A DNA stretch of 64,000 bases from Candidatus Hydrogenedentota bacterium. GTDB taxonomy: Bacteria > Hydrogenedentota > Hydrogenedentia > Hydrogenedentales > SLHB01. The translations under genes were made by a program, and so were the position numbers. Under the pieces are notes generated by a model, which worked only from the letters and a program-made list of their open reading frames with translations, searched no databases and was not told the DNA's origin. Below are positions 20,561 to 30,732 of the stretch, piece after piece. Numbering within the stretch: position 1 is the first letter of the stretch; each line of letters begins with the position of its first letter. The stretch is from NCBI GenBank assembly GCA_045863295.1, contig BTWA01000013.1, forward strand, positions 32,001 through 96,000. Reading direction: 5' to 3'.

Positions 20561-21402
20561 CACGCGAAATCTCCCTGGTAACGGCGAACGCTCCACCATT
20601 GAATCAGATTCATCGTCAACATGAGCACAAATGAAAACACGAGCATGACGAGTGCAATAGCCGTGGCGCCGGGATAGTCGAATTGCTCCAGCTTGGTAAT
20701 GATAAGCAGGGTCGTTATCTCGGTTTTCATCGGCATGTTTCCAGAAATAAAAACGACCGAACCGTATTCGCCGATGGCACGTGCAAAGGACAGCGCAAAT
20801 CCTGTCAGCAACGGCGGCAGTAACGTGGGAAAGAGCACAAGCCGGAAAGTCTGCAGCCGGGTCGCGCCGAGACTGGCCGCCGCTTCCTCCAATTCCGACT
20901 CAAGGTCGTCGATCGCCGGCTGCAATGTGCGAACGACAAAAGGCAATCCGATAAACGTGAGCGCTATCGTCACGCCCAAGGGAGAGAAGGCCGCTTTGAT
21001 CCCCCATGGCTCAAGGTACTGCCCGATCCAGCCGTTCTTGGAATACACCGTCGTGAGTGCGATTCCCGAAACGGCGGTCGGCAGGGCGAAGGGCAAATCG
21101 ACCAGCGCGTCAATAAATCGCCTGAACGGAAATTGATAGCGCACGAGTGTCCATGCGGTAATGAATCCAAATACGGCGTTGATCGAAGCCCCGATGAAGG
21201 AGGCCGTGAACGTCAGCTTGTACGACGCCACAACGCGGGGATCGGTAATCGTGCTCCAGAATGCCTCCCACGTCATCGTGGCGGTCTTGAAAAACAATGC
21301 GCTTAATGGGATCAGCACTATCAAGCTGAGGTACACCATGGAAAACCCCAGCGTAATGCCAAAACCAGGCAGCACAGAGTACTTTCTTCGTAGAATCGAC
21401 AT
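20560..21402 (-). CDS. cysT: sulfate ABC transporter permease
   Basis: [41 protein letters not shown]. Confidence 0.95.
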   Translation of the reverse strand: MSILRRKYSVLPGFGITLGFSMVYLSLIVLIPLSALFFKTATMTWEAFWSTITDPRVVASYKLTFTASFIGASINAVFGFITAWTLVRYQFPFRRFIDALVDLPFALPTAVSGIALTTVYSKNGWIGQYLEPWGIKAAFSPLGVTIALTFIGLPFVVRTLQPAIDDLESELEEAAASLGATRLQTFRLVLFPTLLPPLLTGFALSFARAIGEYGSVVFISGNMPMKTEITTLLIITKLEQFDYPGATAIALVMLVFSFVLMLTMNLIQWWSVRRYQGDFA

Positions 21403-21518
21403 GTGCTGTCGGAACTCCTGTACAGTCGGGCCGCCGGCTCCGCGCCGGGGCATTGAATCGCCGCGCGCATTTGGAAACGTCCGCGGGGCGCCTTCAGAAC
21501 AGTTTTGCGTCAATCAGA

Positions 21519-22613
21519 TTAGTTGCCGGGTTTGTAGATCGCGTCAAAAACACCCCCGTCGTTGAAATGCTCGGCTTGCGCCTTCTGCCACCCGCCAAAA
21601 TCGTCAATGGTTACCAATTCGACTTCGGGAAACCGCTTGAGGTCCTCCGGGTCCGCATGCTCTGGCGAGATAGGGCGGTAAAAATGTTTGGCGGCAATGC
21701 GCTGCCCTTCGGGCGAGTACAAGTATTCGAGGTACGCTTTCGATACGGCATCCGTCTTGTGCTTCTTCGCATTCTTGTCCACCACCGTCACGGGGGGCTC
21801 GGCCAGAATGCTCAGCGAAGGAACAACGATTTCAAAGTCACCCGCGCCAAATTCCTTCAATGCGAGAAACGCTTCGTTTTCCCATGCCAACAACACATCA
21901 CCTATGCCGCGCTGCACAAAGGTAGTCGTGCTGCCGCGCGCGCCTGAATCCAACACGGGAACGTTTTTGTATAGCGCGGTCACGAAGGCCTGCGCCTTGG
22001 TATCCGCCGCTTTGACGGCGTCGGCTTTCGCTTGATCTTTCAGCGCCGCAAGATCGCCCAATTCCTTCTTCAATACGAATGCCCACGCGGCAAGATAGTT
22101 CCACCGCGCGCCGCCCGACGTCTTGGGGTTTGGCGTGATAACTTCTATCCCCGGCTTGACGAGATCGCCCCAGTCTTTGATACCTTTCGGATTGCCCTTT
22201 CGCACCAGAAACACAATGGTGCTCGTATACGGCGAGCTGTTGTGCGGCAAGCGTGACTGCCAGTCTTCGGGAAAAAGCTTTGCCTGCTTGGCGATAGCGT
22301 CGATATCGTAGGCGAGGGCGAGCGTAACCACGTCAGCCTCCAAGCCGTCGATCACGGCGCGAGCCTGCTTGCCAGCACCTCCGTGCGATTGCTGAATCGT
22401 GACCGTTTCCCCGGTTTTTTCCTTCCAGTGCTTTGCAAATGCCGCGTTGTACTCGACATAGAGTTCACGGGTGGGATCGTAGGACACGTTCAGGATGGAC
22501 GTGTCCGCGTGTGCCTTCGCGAATGACATCGCAAAGAGCGCCGCCGCGGACCATCGGATGGCGCTCCGCAAGGCGCGCCGCATTGTTTCAAAGGCCGGTT
22601 TCGAGTAGTGCAT
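21519..22613 (-). CDS. sbp: sulfate-binding periplasmic protein
   Basis: [49 protein letters not shown]. Confidence 0.95.
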   Translation of the reverse strand: MHYSKPAFETMRRALRSAIRWSAAALFAMSFAKAHADTSILNVSYDPTRELYVEYNAAFAKHWKEKTGETVTIQQSHGGAGKQARAVIDGLEADVVTLALAYDIDAIAKQAKLFPEDWQSRLPHNSSPYTSTIVFLVRKGNPKGIKDWGDLVKPGIEVITPNPKTSGGARWNYLAAWAFVLKKELGDLAALKDQAKADAVKAADTKAQAFVTALYKNVPVLDSGARGSTTTFVQRGIGDVLLAWENEAFLALKEFGAGDFEIVVPSLSILAEPPVTVVDKNAKKHKTDAVSKAYLEYLYSPEGQRIAAKHFYRPISPEHADPEDLKRFPEVELVTIDDFGGWQKAQAEHFNDGGVFDAIYKPGN

Positions 22614-22660
22614 TGTATGTTTCCTTTGCGATCGTTTTTTGCCTGTGCATGAGGGAGTCA

Positions 22661-22707
22661 GCGCGGGAACGGCGGTTCCCAAGCGGGTGTTTCCGCCGTT
22701 CCCGCGC
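22661..22707. other. intergenic 15-bp perfect stem-loop between the small ORF and sbp
   Basis: GCGCGGGAACGGCGG (22661-22675) / CCGCCGTTCCCGCGC (22693-22707); no clear U-tract. Confidence 0.7.
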
Positions 22708-22720
22708 GGCCGGGGGGAGC

Positions 22721-22912
22721 TTAGGGATTCTTGTAGTCTTGCACCGCCTCCCAGATGTTCAGCCCGACGGCACTGAGCACGCTGGTGGCAGTTGCCAACG
22801 TGCTGAATGCGGTTGCCAACGTGCCGAACGCCGCGAGCTTCTGTTGCACAACCAGGATTGATTGGGCCAGAGCGGGCCGTCTCGGTTTACTGATGGTTTG
22901 AATGTGCGTCAT
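22721..22912 (-). CDS. small hypothetical protein (63 aa) inside the sulfate cluster
   Basis: AAAGGAG RBS before ATG at 22912; co-oriented between porin and sbp; apolar/amphipathic C-terminal half. Confidence 0.7.
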   Translation of the reverse strand: MTHIQTISKPRRPALAQSILVVQQKLAAFGTLATAFSTLATATSVLSAVGLNIWEAVQDYKNP

Positions 22913-22970
22913 GAATCGTTTCTCCTTTGCGAAGTCCGCTTTGTATTGCGCGGAGTTGTTTTCGATGTGA

Positions 22971-24401
22971 CTAGAACTCAAGTTGAAACCGGGTGAGGAA
23001 CATGTCAAAGGTCCCGTCAAACAGCGGATGGTCGATTTCGTTGCGGATGTAGTTCCACGTGATGCGGAAATTGGGATTGAGATACCAGTTCAAGCCCAGC
23101 GTGTAACTGGCATGTTCGCCGCCATTCACCGGCCCATCGTTCATGTCCACGAACGAGTACCGGGCTGTGGCTTCCCATGCGCCCCATCCATGCTCGCCAT
23201 CCTTGAACTTGAAGTTGCTGTTGGGGATAGGATTGTCAAACGTCGCGCGATCGGTGCGGTATGGGCGATGCTCGCCGGTTAGAAAGTAACTGGCCTGCGC
23301 ATAGTAGCCCGCGTAATCGACTGTGCCGCCAAAGGTAGTGTCCACCGAGGAATGCATGTATTCGCCTTGCAGCGAAAAAGGACCCAGAACCAGTGCGGCC
23401 TCGCCACCGAATAAATCGACGGTGTCCGCGCGCGCGTCCTGCAGGCGGAACAAACGCGGCAATCGCGCACCATCGGGATCGGCGTACCGGAAAAGTGCAA
23501 GGCGCGATTCAGGGCGTGTGCCGTAGGGAAGGCGAGCACCATCGGGATTGCGATGGCTGTACGCCGCACCCAAGTGCAGCAACTTGCGGCCTTCGTCCTT
23601 GTACCACGGCAATCCCGTCAACCGCATGGTCAGTTGATAGCCCTGATCCTCGTCCGAGTCGTTGCTGCTGGGTATGTCGTCCGTTTCCTTGAACAAGCCC
23701 ACGGCCCATGTCAACCGCTCGCTCTTGGGTTCGCCCAACAGCGCATCGCTGATCTGAATGCCTGCGTTGCGGCTCGGAACAAATACATTCGCCAGCGATT
23801 TCTCCACAAACGTGCGATACACAACAGGCGTCAGTTCTTCGAGACTGAAAGGCTCCCGGAAGTGACCCATGCGCAAGGAGAATTCGCGCTCACCGCCGTA
23901 AGGAACGCCGTCATATTGGAGATACACGTCGCGAAACTTGGGCGAGTCCGCCCCGTTCTCGCCCGCAAAATCGATCTCCGAATTGAACGAAAAATCGTCC
24001 CAGAACTTGCCTTGAATAACCAGTCGCGCATAACGAAATCCCGTGCCGTCCTGTTCGTCTCCAAGAGCAAGCTTCAATTCGTCGTTCTGGTTAAACCAGG
24101 CCCAGTCGTGGGCAATGCGTGTCCGAATCCTCAATTGAAAGGCATCATCGCCGGACGTGACTTGAAGGCCGCCGCTGTCGAGTTTCACCTTGGGGGTCGT
24201 CTTGGCCTTTTCCTTCGCGGTCGCGTCGGAAGTCGCCTTGTCGTTTTCAAGCTTTACTTCCAGCAGGCGCAGTTGCTTGGTGAGTTCGTACACCTGCCGC
24301 TTCAGCGCCTCCAGTTCTCCGCCGGAAGCGTCCGCCGCAGCCACGGATACGGATAACGTTGTCGCGAGCACGATTCCCGCGACCCACCGATTTCCAGACA
24401 T
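22971..24401 (-). CDS. OprO/OprP-family anion-selective porin
   Basis: Signal peptide, N-terminal coiled coil, GHFREPFSLEEL, YAQASYFLTGEHRPY, GAWE..ARYS, TLGLNWYLN, C-terminal Phe. Confidence 0.88.
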   Translation of the reverse strand: MSGNRWVAGIVLATTLSVSVAAADASGGELEALKRQVYELTKQLRLLEVKLENDKATSDATAKEKAKTTPKVKLDSGGLQVTSGDDAFQLRIRTRIAHDWAWFNQNDELKLALGDEQDGTGFRYARLVIQGKFWDDFSFNSEIDFAGENGADSPKFRDVYLQYDGVPYGGEREFSLRMGHFREPFSLEELTPVVYRTFVEKSLANVFVPSRNAGIQISDALLGEPKSERLTWAVGLFKETDDIPSSNDSDEDQGYQLTMRLTGLPWYKDEGRKLLHLGAAYSHRNPDGARLPYGTRPESRLALFRYADPDGARLPRLFRLQDARADTVDLFGGEAALVLGPFSLQGEYMHSSVDTTFGGTVDYAGYYAQASYFLTGEHRPYRTDRATFDNPIPNSNFKFKDGEHGWGAWEATARYSFVDMNDGPVNGGEHASYTLGLNWYLNPNFRITWNYIRNEIDHPLFDGTFDMFLTRFQLEF

Positions 24402-24641
24402 GTTTACTCTCCCTGGCTGACAGGATTCGCCAGCCATGTCGTTGATTCAGATTGCTTTGATCCGGTTAGGTTAAGTGCAACAAGGCCAACAGGATGGGAG
24501 AGGTCTCATGTTGTTGCCGTTTGAGGCCGAAGAGTCAATTGAGTCATCGGCATGCACTTGTATTGCAACGAGTAGCTTTTCAAGCAGACTTGGTTCCGGT
24601 CCGCTGGCATGTACTTTGAGTCGGTCGATGGTGTTCATTAT

Positions 24642-24666
24642 TAATCCTATAAAGTCACTAGGAAAT
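24642..24666 (-). promoter_or_regulatory. putative Rrf2/CymR operator upstream of the porin-sulfate operon
   Basis: TATTCCTA-N9-TAGGATTA imperfect palindrome overlapping a TTGACC-N18-TAGGAT promoter-like sequence. Confidence 0.65.
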
Positions 24667-24685
24667 AGGGTCAAAAAAGAGCAAA

Positions 24686-25147
24686 TTAGATGTAGTACAT
24701 CGGTGCGCTCCCGGCTTCCGCCAATTCATCGGCTTGGTCCGAGAGATCCCGCAAGGTGGTCCCATCAAGCACTTGAGCAATTGCATTGCGTACATCCTTC
24801 ATCACCCCCCTCAGGGCACAGGTTGATTCATCCACACAGTCATCGCATTTCTGATAGTGTTCCTGGCTCACACACGGCGTCGGCGCCAGCGGTCCATCCA
24901 GCATGCGGACGATCCTGCCGAGACGTATTTTCGCCGGATCTTCCGTCAAGGAGTATCCACCATCGGGACCGCGCTTACTTGTCACCACGCCGTGGTTTTT
25001 CAGTTCGAGCAGGATTGCCTCCAGAAATTTTAGCGGAATTTTCTGCTGCCGGGCAATGGATGCGGCTGTGGTCAATTCATTCCTTGGCTGCAACCGTGCC
25101 AATTCCATGAGTGCACGCAGGCCGTATTTGGTTTTGGTCGTGAGCAA
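24686..25147 (-). CDS. Rrf2-family transcriptional regulator (CymR/IscR-like)
   Basis: TKTKYGLRAL, IPLKFLEAIL, SKRGPDGGY, LDGPLAPTPCVS..C..C.....C; TTG start inferred. Confidence 0.9.
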   Translation of the reverse strand: MLTTKTKYGLRALMELARLQPRNELTTAASIARQQKIPLKFLEAILLELKNHGVVTSKRGPDGGYSLTEDPAKIRLGRIVRMLDGPLAPTPCVSQEHYQKCDDCVDESTCALRGVMKDVRNAIAQVLDGTTLRDLSDQADELAEAGSAPMYYI

Positions 25148-25154
25148 TCGTGTC

Positions 25155-25179
25155 AATTCCGATTTGTTTAATAGGTAAT
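25155..25179 (-). promoter_or_regulatory. second Rrf2/CymR-like operator (autoregulation), downstream of a TTGACA-N18-TATATT promoter
   Basis: ATTACCTATTAAACAAATCGGAATT shares CCTA-N8-ATMGGA with the 24642-24666 site. Confidence 0.55.
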
Positions 25180-25360
25180 ATAATGGATTCCCCTGGATTT
25201 TGTCAAGCCCGGGGTCCGAGCGCGCTTTGCATCCGTCGGTTGCTTGGATGTTTTTCGGGTGAACGGTATGATGGTGAGCGAGTTTGCCGCAGGCGCGGGC
25301 ATTCATTTGGGAATGGCCGGGGCGGACCGAGGCAAGGCGGAAGCAAGAGGAGTCATCTCG

Positions 25361-26509
25361 ATGAAGACGTTCGTGCGAATAGGGGTGGTCACGGTTTTGG
25401 CGCTGTCCGTTCTGGCGGGGCCGGTTTTGGCGCAAGCCAAGCCGCTGACGGAAGAGGAATTGGCGCAGGGCTGGATTCAGTTGTTTGACGGCGAGACGTT
25501 GTTTGGCTGGACGCAGTTGGGGGCGGGCAATTGGCGCGTGGAAGAAGGCAATATTGTAGTGGATGGCTGGTCGAACGGCTGGATTGCGACGACGAGCGCG
25601 TTCACGAACTGCGAGTTGGTCGTGAAGTTGCGGGTATCGCCGGAGGGTGGGGCGAGCGTTTCCGTGCAACCGCATTTGGAGAAGAATGCGCACGAGTTGG
25701 ACGCGAATGCCGTTGCCGTTGTTGCACGGACGGAAAAGGATCAGAAGCCAGAGTGGCGCACGGTGCGCATCGTGTTGGAGAAAGACTCGGCCAAGATGTC
25801 GATCGATGACAAGTCTCCGGCAAATATCCCGGTATTGAGCACTCCACGGTACGTCGGCATTCAAACGTTTGGCAAGGGCACGACGCTGGAGATTTCGGAA
25901 GTGAAGTTGCGGCCGTTGGGTCTTGAATCGATTTTCAACGGCAAGGATTTGACGGGTTGGAACATCATCCCGGATCACAAATCGGTGTTTTCCGTTGTGG
26001 ATGGCGCGATGCGAATTGAGAATGGCAACGGCCAGATTGAGACGGATGCGGTGTACAAGGATTTTGTGCTGCAACTTGACGTGGTGGCCTACGGCAATTC
26101 GAATCCCGAGAAAAAGCCGTTGAACAGCGGCGTATTTTTCCGCAGCCCGAAGGGCGTGTTCTGGAAGGGCTATGAATCGCAATTGCGCAACGAGTGGACC
26201 GATGATGATCGGACGAAGCCGCATGATTTTGGCACGGGCGGCATCTATGCATTGCAGCCCACGCGCAAGGTGATTCCGAACGAAGGCGACTGGTTTCACA
26301 AGACGATCGTCGTGCATGGCAATCACATGGCGACATGGGTGAACGGCTATCAGACCGCCGATTACACGGACGTGCGGCCGCCGGTGACGAACGGCGACGG
26401 CAAGGCGGGGCTAGTGATGGAACCGGGCACGATCACGTTGCAGGGCCATGATCCGACGACGAAATTGGATTTCAAGAACATCAACATCAGCGCGTATCCC
26501 GAGAAATAA
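25361..26509 (+). CDS. secreted tandem DUF1080 (3-keto-disaccharide hydrolase-like) protein
   Basis: Signal peptide; GWIQLFDGETLFGW and IFNGKDLTGW repeats; NSGVFFR, GYESQ, TGGIY, LQGHDP. Confidence 0.88.
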   Translation: MKTFVRIGVVTVLALSVLAGPVLAQAKPLTEEELAQGWIQLFDGETLFGWTQLGAGNWRVEEGNIVVDGWSNGWIATTSAFTNCELVVKLRVSPEGGASVSVQPHLEKNAHELDANAVAVVARTEKDQKPEWRTVRIVLEKDSAKMSIDDKSPANIPVLSTPRYVGIQTFGKGTTLEISEVKLRPLGLESIFNGKDLTGWNIIPDHKSVFSVVDGAMRIENGNGQIETDAVYKDFVLQLDVVAYGNSNPEKKPLNSGVFFRSPKGVFWKGYESQLRNEWTDDDRTKPHDFGTGGIYALQPTRKVIPNEGDWFHKTIVVHGNHMATWVNGYQTADYTDVRPPVTNGDGKAGLVMEPGTITLQGHDPTTKLDFKNINISAYPEK

Positions 26510-26534
26510 TCGCGCTCGATTCAGAGCACTGAAT

Positions 26535-26570
26535 GACTCCGGCAACGGTTCGTTGCCGGAGTCTTTTTTT
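26535..26570 (+). terminator. intrinsic terminator
   Basis: 13-bp stem GACTCCGGCAACG/CGTTGCCGGAGTC followed by T7. Confidence 0.92.
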
Positions 26571-26888
26571 ATTGGCACGGTTAACGCTCAACCAAGGTGC
26601 GATGCTTGCCGCTACACCGCAATGCACTTCGCGTTACAGCGGAACGCGTGCGTGTCATTCCTGCCACTGGAGTGAAATACTCGCGAATCTGCCTTGTATA
26701 GTCGGCGTGTCTAGTATGCGGCAGATTGCGCGACATGCGACGGAAGAAACGGTCAGCTCCAAAGACTTCCGAGCCCGTTGCGACTACTTGCCGCGTGCGC
26801 GACCCGGGCTGAGCATGGTCAATGGATTGGCCGCCGCAGGACCGGACGTGGCAGTGGGTCTGGATATCGTAACGAGGAGAGTATTGCC

Positions 26889-27011
26889 ATGGATATTGGC
26901 GCGTTGCTGCAACAGATTTTTGCGTTTGTTCTGGGTTTGCTTGAGGCCTTGTTTGGGTTCGTCGGCGATCCGTTTGGCCAGAATGAAGAGGAAGAAGCAG
27001 CGACCGAATAA
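26889..27011 (+). CDS. small protein (40 aa; amphipathic/hydrophobic helix plus acidic tail)
   Basis: GAGGAG RBS; MDIGALLQQIFAFVLGLLEALFGFVGDPFGQNEEEEAATE. Confidence 0.6.
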   Translation: MDIGALLQQIFAFVLGLLEALFGFVGDPFGQNEEEEAATE

Positions 27012-27118
27012 GACATTCGACGATTCCGCGGGGGTTTGTGGCATGGCCACGAATCCCCGCGTTGTTTTTGGGGCCGGGTGTGCTTCGTTCTCCCGGCATT
27101 CGCGGATTTGGGAATCTC

Positions 27119-27166
27119 TTGACAGAATGGGTAGTACGGGATATACTACTGAATAGATATACAGTA
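27119..27166 (+). promoter_or_regulatory. sigma70 promoter with an overlapping LexA-type SOS box
   Basis: TTGACA (27119-27124)-N17-TATACT (27142-27147); TACTGAATAGATATACAGTA (27147-27166). Confidence 0.7.
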
Positions 27167-27200
27167 TTTGGAATCCTGTACATCTGGAGGGACCTTTGCC

Positions 27201-27404
27201 ATGGCTGCACCGGCACTCTTGTTTGATGTGGAACCCTTTTCCGACCGCAAGGCCGCCAAACCGGCAGGCAAGCGCATTCGGGCGGACGTGCGCGCCGCGC
27301 TTATGCGGCTCAAGAGCACGATTGACGCCATTCCCCCGGAAGAATGGAAACGGCGCGAACAGCGGTGGGAAGAACTGATGAAAAGCATTCACGGCGCGAG
27401 ATGA
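27201..27404 (+). CDS. small basic hypothetical protein (67 aa)
   Basis: GGAGGG RBS and a near-consensus promoter directly upstream. Confidence 0.7.
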   Translation: MAAPALLFDVEPFSDRKAAKPAGKRIRADVRAALMRLKSTIDAIPPEEWKRREQRWEELMKSIHGAR

Positions 27405-27540
27405 TGCGGTAGCATGCCGGGGGCCGGAGGGCGCGATGCATTTGCATCCGCGGGCTGCCTTCCCGCCTCCGGTTCTTGCGGACGCCGCGACGTATGGAGC
27501 GCTGTTTCTATTCCTATTCGCACGGCCTGTCCGTGCGTAC

Positions 27541-29064
<1,524 letters not shown>

Positions 29065-29170
29065 GGCGATATGCTACCAAAAAGGGCAGGCGGCGCGCCC
29101 GGCTTGACGCTGCATGCGCCAAGCCCTAGAATTCCCGCGGGTTGTGACCGGCTTGGGAGGGCGCTTATAC

Positions 29171-30601
29171 ATGAGTTCGGCCAACGAAGTTTTCGATCGC
29201 CTGGAATCTGCCATAGACGCCTGGAATGATGAGTTAAACACGGTCTATGGGCGGCTCACCGAGCGCATTAACCAAGCGCGGGACCGCATCCACGAGCACT
29301 CGGCCGAGAGGCAACTGTTGGCCGAGGCCGGGGACGTGTTGGAAGACAGCCGCGCGCAGTTGCAGGAGGTCAAGGCTGCCGCGGAGGCTTGCGCGCAGGC
29401 GGCACGGGACGCGGCGGCTCAAGCACAGGCCGCGCAGGACGCGGTGGAATCGTTGCGGCACGAGTTGCGTGAATTGGCCAGCCAACCTGCTGTGCCGGCT
29501 GTTGATGAAGAACGCTTAAGCCGGCTCCGCGCCGAGATTCTCGAGGCGATGCCGCCCAGTGCGGCAGTTGTCGATGAAGAGCGCCTGAGCCGGTTTCGAT
29601 CCGAGATTCTGGAGTCAATTCCTGCCTCGCCGGAGATACCCACGCAAGATATTGAACGCCTAGAGCGCGCGATGGACGATGTGCGCGAGGAATTGAACCG
29701 GCTTGGGGATCAACCCGCGGTTCCGGTTTGGGACGCCAACATGCTTGAGGCCTTGAAGGCCGACTTGGGTGTCGGTGTCCCCGCCGGAAATTCAGCGGAA
29801 CTGCCGTTGCAGGAATTGCGGAAGGAGGTTCACGATCTCCAGGAATTGTTGTCGTCGGCCATGCTTTCAGGCATGGATGTGTTGCGCGCGGAGGTGCGCG
29901 AAATCCGTGGCAGCATGGCGAGTCAGTTCGAGGAAGTCCGGCAAAGTATGGAAATGACCGCGCTGCCGGTCGAGCCGGATGGCTTGGACGACCTTGGCCG
30001 CGAATTGGCGCGATTGCGCGTCGAAGTAGAACGGCTTAAGTCACAGGGAGTGCCAGTATCCAGGTTTGACGATCTTCCTGAAGACGATAGCGAGCCGCTC
30101 ACGGCGCGTGAGGTGCCCCGTCGCGGGCTGGATCCGCATCACATTGAAGCATTATGGCCCGACGGTACGCGCAAACGCCTTGGAGAAATCTTACTGGGAG
30201 CATCTCTGGTAACCCAGGAACAAATGGACGCCGCGCTTTCCGTGCAGAAGCAGGATCCGCAACAACGGCTGGGCAACATACTGGTCAGCATGGGGTACGC
30301 GAAGGCGGACGAGATTGCACAGGTGTTGTCGTACCAATTGAAAGTGCCCTTTATTCGGCTGGATATCGAGCATCCTCACGATGACGCGGTGTCGCTGATT
30401 TCGAGCCGTCTGGCCCGCCACCACCATTGCATGCCGGTGAAATGCAACGACGACGAGTTGACGCTTGCGATGGCGAATCCACTTGACTTGATTGCGATTG
30501 AAGACGTGGAATTGGCCGCCAAGAGACGGGTGGAACCTGTGATAGCGAGCACGGAAGCGATTTCCAAGGCGCTGGACAAGCACTATCCGACGTACGTTTG
30601 A
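29171..30601 (+). CDS. coiled-coil protein with C-terminal MshEN/GspE-N domain, no ATPase
   Basis: RLGEILLGASLVTQEQMDAALSVQ-x5-RLGNILVSMGYAKADEIAQVLSYQ, followed by LAMANPLD. Confidence 0.8.
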   Translation: MSSANEVFDRLESAIDAWNDELNTVYGRLTERINQARDRIHEHSAERQLLAEAGDVLEDSRAQLQEVKAAAEACAQAARDAAAQAQAAQDAVESLRHELRELASQPAVPAVDEERLSRLRAEILEAMPPSAAVVDEERLSRFRSEILESIPASPEIPTQDIERLERAMDDVREELNRLGDQPAVPVWDANMLEALKADLGVGVPAGNSAELPLQELRKEVHDLQELLSSAMLSGMDVLRAEVREIRGSMASQFEEVRQSMEMTALPVEPDGLDDLGRELARLRVEVERLKSQGVPVSRFDDLPEDDSEPLTAREVPRRGLDPHHIEALWPDGTRKRLGEILLGASLVTQEQMDAALSVQKQDPQQRLGNILVSMGYAKADEIAQVLSYQLKVPFIRLDIEHPHDDAVSLISSRLARHHHCMPVKCNDDELTLAMANPLDLIAIEDVELAAKRRVEPVIASTEAISKALDKHYPTYV

Positions 30602-30732
30602 CCGGTCTGTATCGCTGCGCATACCGCCGGTTGAAGCGAGGGGAGTCGATATCGGCGGCATTCGTCTGCTATTCTACTTTCTCACAACCGCAGCAACTCC
30701 TTGCCCACGAAGGACTAAGAACGGATAGAGCC

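Noticed and set aside
24471..24674. 67-aa ORF between Rrf2 and the porin as a possible YezD/OscA-type peptide
   Set aside because: No resemblance to those peptides, no RBS, and it overlaps the promoter/operator.
24686..26326. 546-aa minus-strand ORF that appears to fuse a long N-terminus to Rrf2
   Set aside because: The N-terminal part is the antisense frame of the DUF1080 gene. The Rrf2 homology, promoter and operator place the real start near 25147.
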